A DNA stretch of 32,000 nucleotides from the NCBI GenBank assembly GCA_041662745.1, contig JBAZRV010000001.1:30001-62000 (forward strand), read 5' to 3'. Below, in pieces: positions 30,507 through 32,000 of this stretch. Below the pieces are notes generated by a model. That model saw nothing but the letters and a program-made list of their open reading frames with translations. It had not been told where the DNA came from and ran no database searches. Source of the stretch: Patescibacteria group bacterium (GTDB taxonomy: Bacteria > Patescibacteriota > Patescibacteriia > 2-01-FULL-39-33). The translations under genes and the position numbers were made by a program. The number at the start of each line of letters is the position of its first letter. Positions within the stretch are counted from its first letter, which is position 1.

Positions 30507-31871
30507 TTATTTGATCAACTTCTCAGTTTTCAACAGCAATTCCGCCAGAACCTCCCTGCTCCGCGCTTCAACATTCAAACGCGCCAGAGGTTCGGTATGC
30601 GACGGCCGGATGTTAAGATACCATCGCTCTCCCCTGTCCTTGATTGACAGTCCGTCAAGAACGGAAAACTCCGCTCCCTTGAACTCCTGCCTGAATTTTT
30701 TAGCCAACCGATCAAAGTCTTTAACCTTATAATTCTTCTCTCCGGAAATAGCATAAGCAGACGAATATTTAGCGATGGCCTGCGACAAGGTTAATTTATT
30801 ACTTTTAAGATAGGACAGGATAAGCAGAATCGGCAAAATCGCATCGCCCCAAACATAATTTTTCTTTCGGCCGAACAAGCGATAATTGAACATAAAATGG
30901 CCGGAGTTCTCGCAACCGAACAGGATTTTTTTCTGATTCATGGTCTTGATGATGTTGGCGTAGCCGGCGCGATGCGCCAAGGCTTCACTGCCCCTGGCGC
31001 GGATCAATTCCGCCAAACCCAAACCTAAACGAGCGTCAATAACAATCCTTATCTTCGGCTTGTCAGCCAAAATTAACTCTGTTAGCAGACAATTCAAATA
31101 ATACGGTTCAACAAACTTGCCCTTCTCATCAATGAATATCGCCCGATCGGCGTCACCGTCAAAAACTATTCCCAAATCGGCTTTTGCCGTCTTGATTTCC
31201 TTTACGATCGGCAGTTGATTCTCTTTGACCAAGGGATTAGGGCCATGATCGGGATAGGGATCGCCGGAAAAAAAATTCATCCGCGTTGTTTTTATCGGCA
31301 AAAAAGAAAAAACCGTCTCAGCCAAACGCGCTCCCGAACCGCCGGAAGCGTCTACCACGACATTCATTCCCTTCAATATTTGAGGGTTGATTAAAGATAG
31401 GACAAAATCACGGTATTCCTTGGTTACCGAAAAAAAATCGGCCTGCGGTTTGCCCATTGTTTGCTGTTTGATCTTACCGACCTGGATTTTAATTTTCTTT
31501 AGTCCGGTCTTAAGCCCGAAAACCCGGCCACGGCTGTCGCAGAATTTCACTCCGGTTTCTCCTGCCGGACTGTGGCTGGCCGTAATCATGGCGCCGGCGG
31601 GAAAATCATGCTCGCCGACGGCAAAAAATAATTCCGGCGTGGCGCAGACGCCCAAATCATAAACCTTTACGCCGCCCTTGTTCAGGCCGGCCAATAACGG
31701 CCAGAATACTTTTTCTGATTCCAAGCGGGCATCGCGACCGCAGATTATCTTTTTGGCTTTGGTCACTTTAGCGAAAGCCAAACCCAAAGCAAACGCTGTG
31801 TGTTCATCCAATTCCTGCGGATATTTACCGCGGATATCGTACTCTTTAAAGATTTTGGGGTTGATATTCAT
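30507..31871 (-). CDS. phosphomannomutase/phosphoglucomutase (alpha-D-phosphohexomutase family)
   Basis: 454 aa. Active-site loop TASHSPAGETG, metal loop FDGDADR, sugar loop GCENSGH. Confidence 0.9.
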   Translation of the reverse strand: MNINPKIFKEYDIRGKYPQELDEHTAFALGLAFAKVTKAKKIICGRDARLESEKVFWPLLAGLNKGGVKVYDLGVCATPELFFAVGEHDFPAGAMITASHSPAGETGVKFCDSRGRVFGLKTGLKKIKIQVGKIKQQTMGKPQADFFSVTKEYRDFVLSLINPQILKGMNVVVDASGGSGARLAETVFSFLPIKTTRMNFFSGDPYPDHGPNPLVKENQLPIVKEIKTAKADLGIVFDGDADRAIFIDEKGKFVEPYYLNCLLTELILADKPKIRIVIDARLGLGLAELIRARGSEALAHRAGYANIIKTMNQKKILFGCENSGHFMFNYRLFGRKKNYVWGDAILPILLILSYLKSNKLTLSQAIAKYSSAYAISGEKNYKVKDFDRLAKKFRQEFKGAEFSVLDGLSIKDRGERWYLNIRPSHTEPLARLNVEARSREVLAELLLKTEKLIK

Positions 31872-32000
31872 AAATCAATTTTCTCATATTCTTTAATGAC
31901 CATTTTCCAAGCCCGATGAAGCGGGGTTAGCGCCTTTTTCACCTCCGGAAAGGCGGCGAGATCGCGATAGTCGCGAGCCATTTTGCCATAAGCGCGAAAA
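31868..32000 (-). CDS. C-terminal fragment of an unidentified upstream gene (truncated by window edge)
   Basis: The frame is open from the window edge (...FRAYGKMARDYRDLAAFPEVKKALTPLHRAWKMVIKEYEKIDL). Its TGA overlaps the phosphohexomutase ATG (ATGA coupling). Confidence 0.4.
   Translation of the reverse strand, partial: FRAYGKMARDYRDLAAFPEVKKALTPLHRAWKMVIKEYEKIDL

Noticed and set aside
1-32000. Alternative genetic code (UGA recoding, as in some candidate phyla).
   Set aside because: Long conserved genes (ileS, argS, thrS, rpsA, the phosphohexomutase) read through uninterrupted in the standard code, and several end at TGA at the expected positions.
1-32000. tRNA, rRNA, tmRNA, RNase P or SRP RNA genes in the intergenic gaps.
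   Set aside because: All gaps over 80 nt were read on both strands. None shows a T-loop GGTTCGAATCC-like box, a cloverleaf arrangement, or the conserved SRP or RNase P cores. A covariance-model scan would be needed to be certain.

Overview
This is a gene-dense 32-kb window, mostly transcribed on the minus strand and readable in the standard code: the long conserved ORFs have no in-frame stops. All family assignments come from motif recognition by eye. No database search, RNA folding or composition statistic was run.

A housekeeping backbone is clear:
- POR gamma subunit plus the first codons of POR delta
- a DsbA-like oxidoreductase
- ileS, argS and thrS
- rpsA (four S1 domains) and plsX
- a greA-like factor and a PIN-PhoH ATPase
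- murI and a phosphohexomutase
- an orphan histidine kinase, and a REC-only response regulator followed by a small ferredoxin

Between these sit several short, self-contained transcription units, each with a TTGACA-N16/17-TAnnnT promoter and a hairpin plus T-run terminator. They encode proteins I cannot place in any family.

I recognised no rRNA, tRNA, CRISPR array, transposase, integrase or reverse transcriptase. The gene content (RNHCP protein, a small protein I recall as DUF5661-like, very short operons) suggests an uncultivated, possibly CPR/Patescibacteria-like lineage, but that is inference only.

The observations most worth following up are:
1. ileS carries an in-frame insert of about 190 aa with the full histidine-phosphatase (PGAM-type) motif set, placed between the two halves of the catalytic core.
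2. A tightly coupled plus-strand cluster encodes an NrtR-like Nudix/wHTH protein, a TRAM-less methylthiotransferase-like radical SAM enzyme, a 2-phosphoglycerate-kinase-like P-loop kinase and a Pol-beta-type nucleotidyltransferase with a beta-rich C-terminus. This is my best candidate for an undescribed pathway.
3. A structured direct repeat of about 105 nt, which includes a terminator, brackets a single orphan gene like a cassette.
4. Two secreted proteins built from eukaryote-like Ig modules. One has an (EG)24 linker encoded with mixed codons; the other has a dockerin/EF-hand-like motif.
5. T-box leaders precede ileS and thrS.
6. A promoter-proximal terminator lies in front of the greA-like gene.
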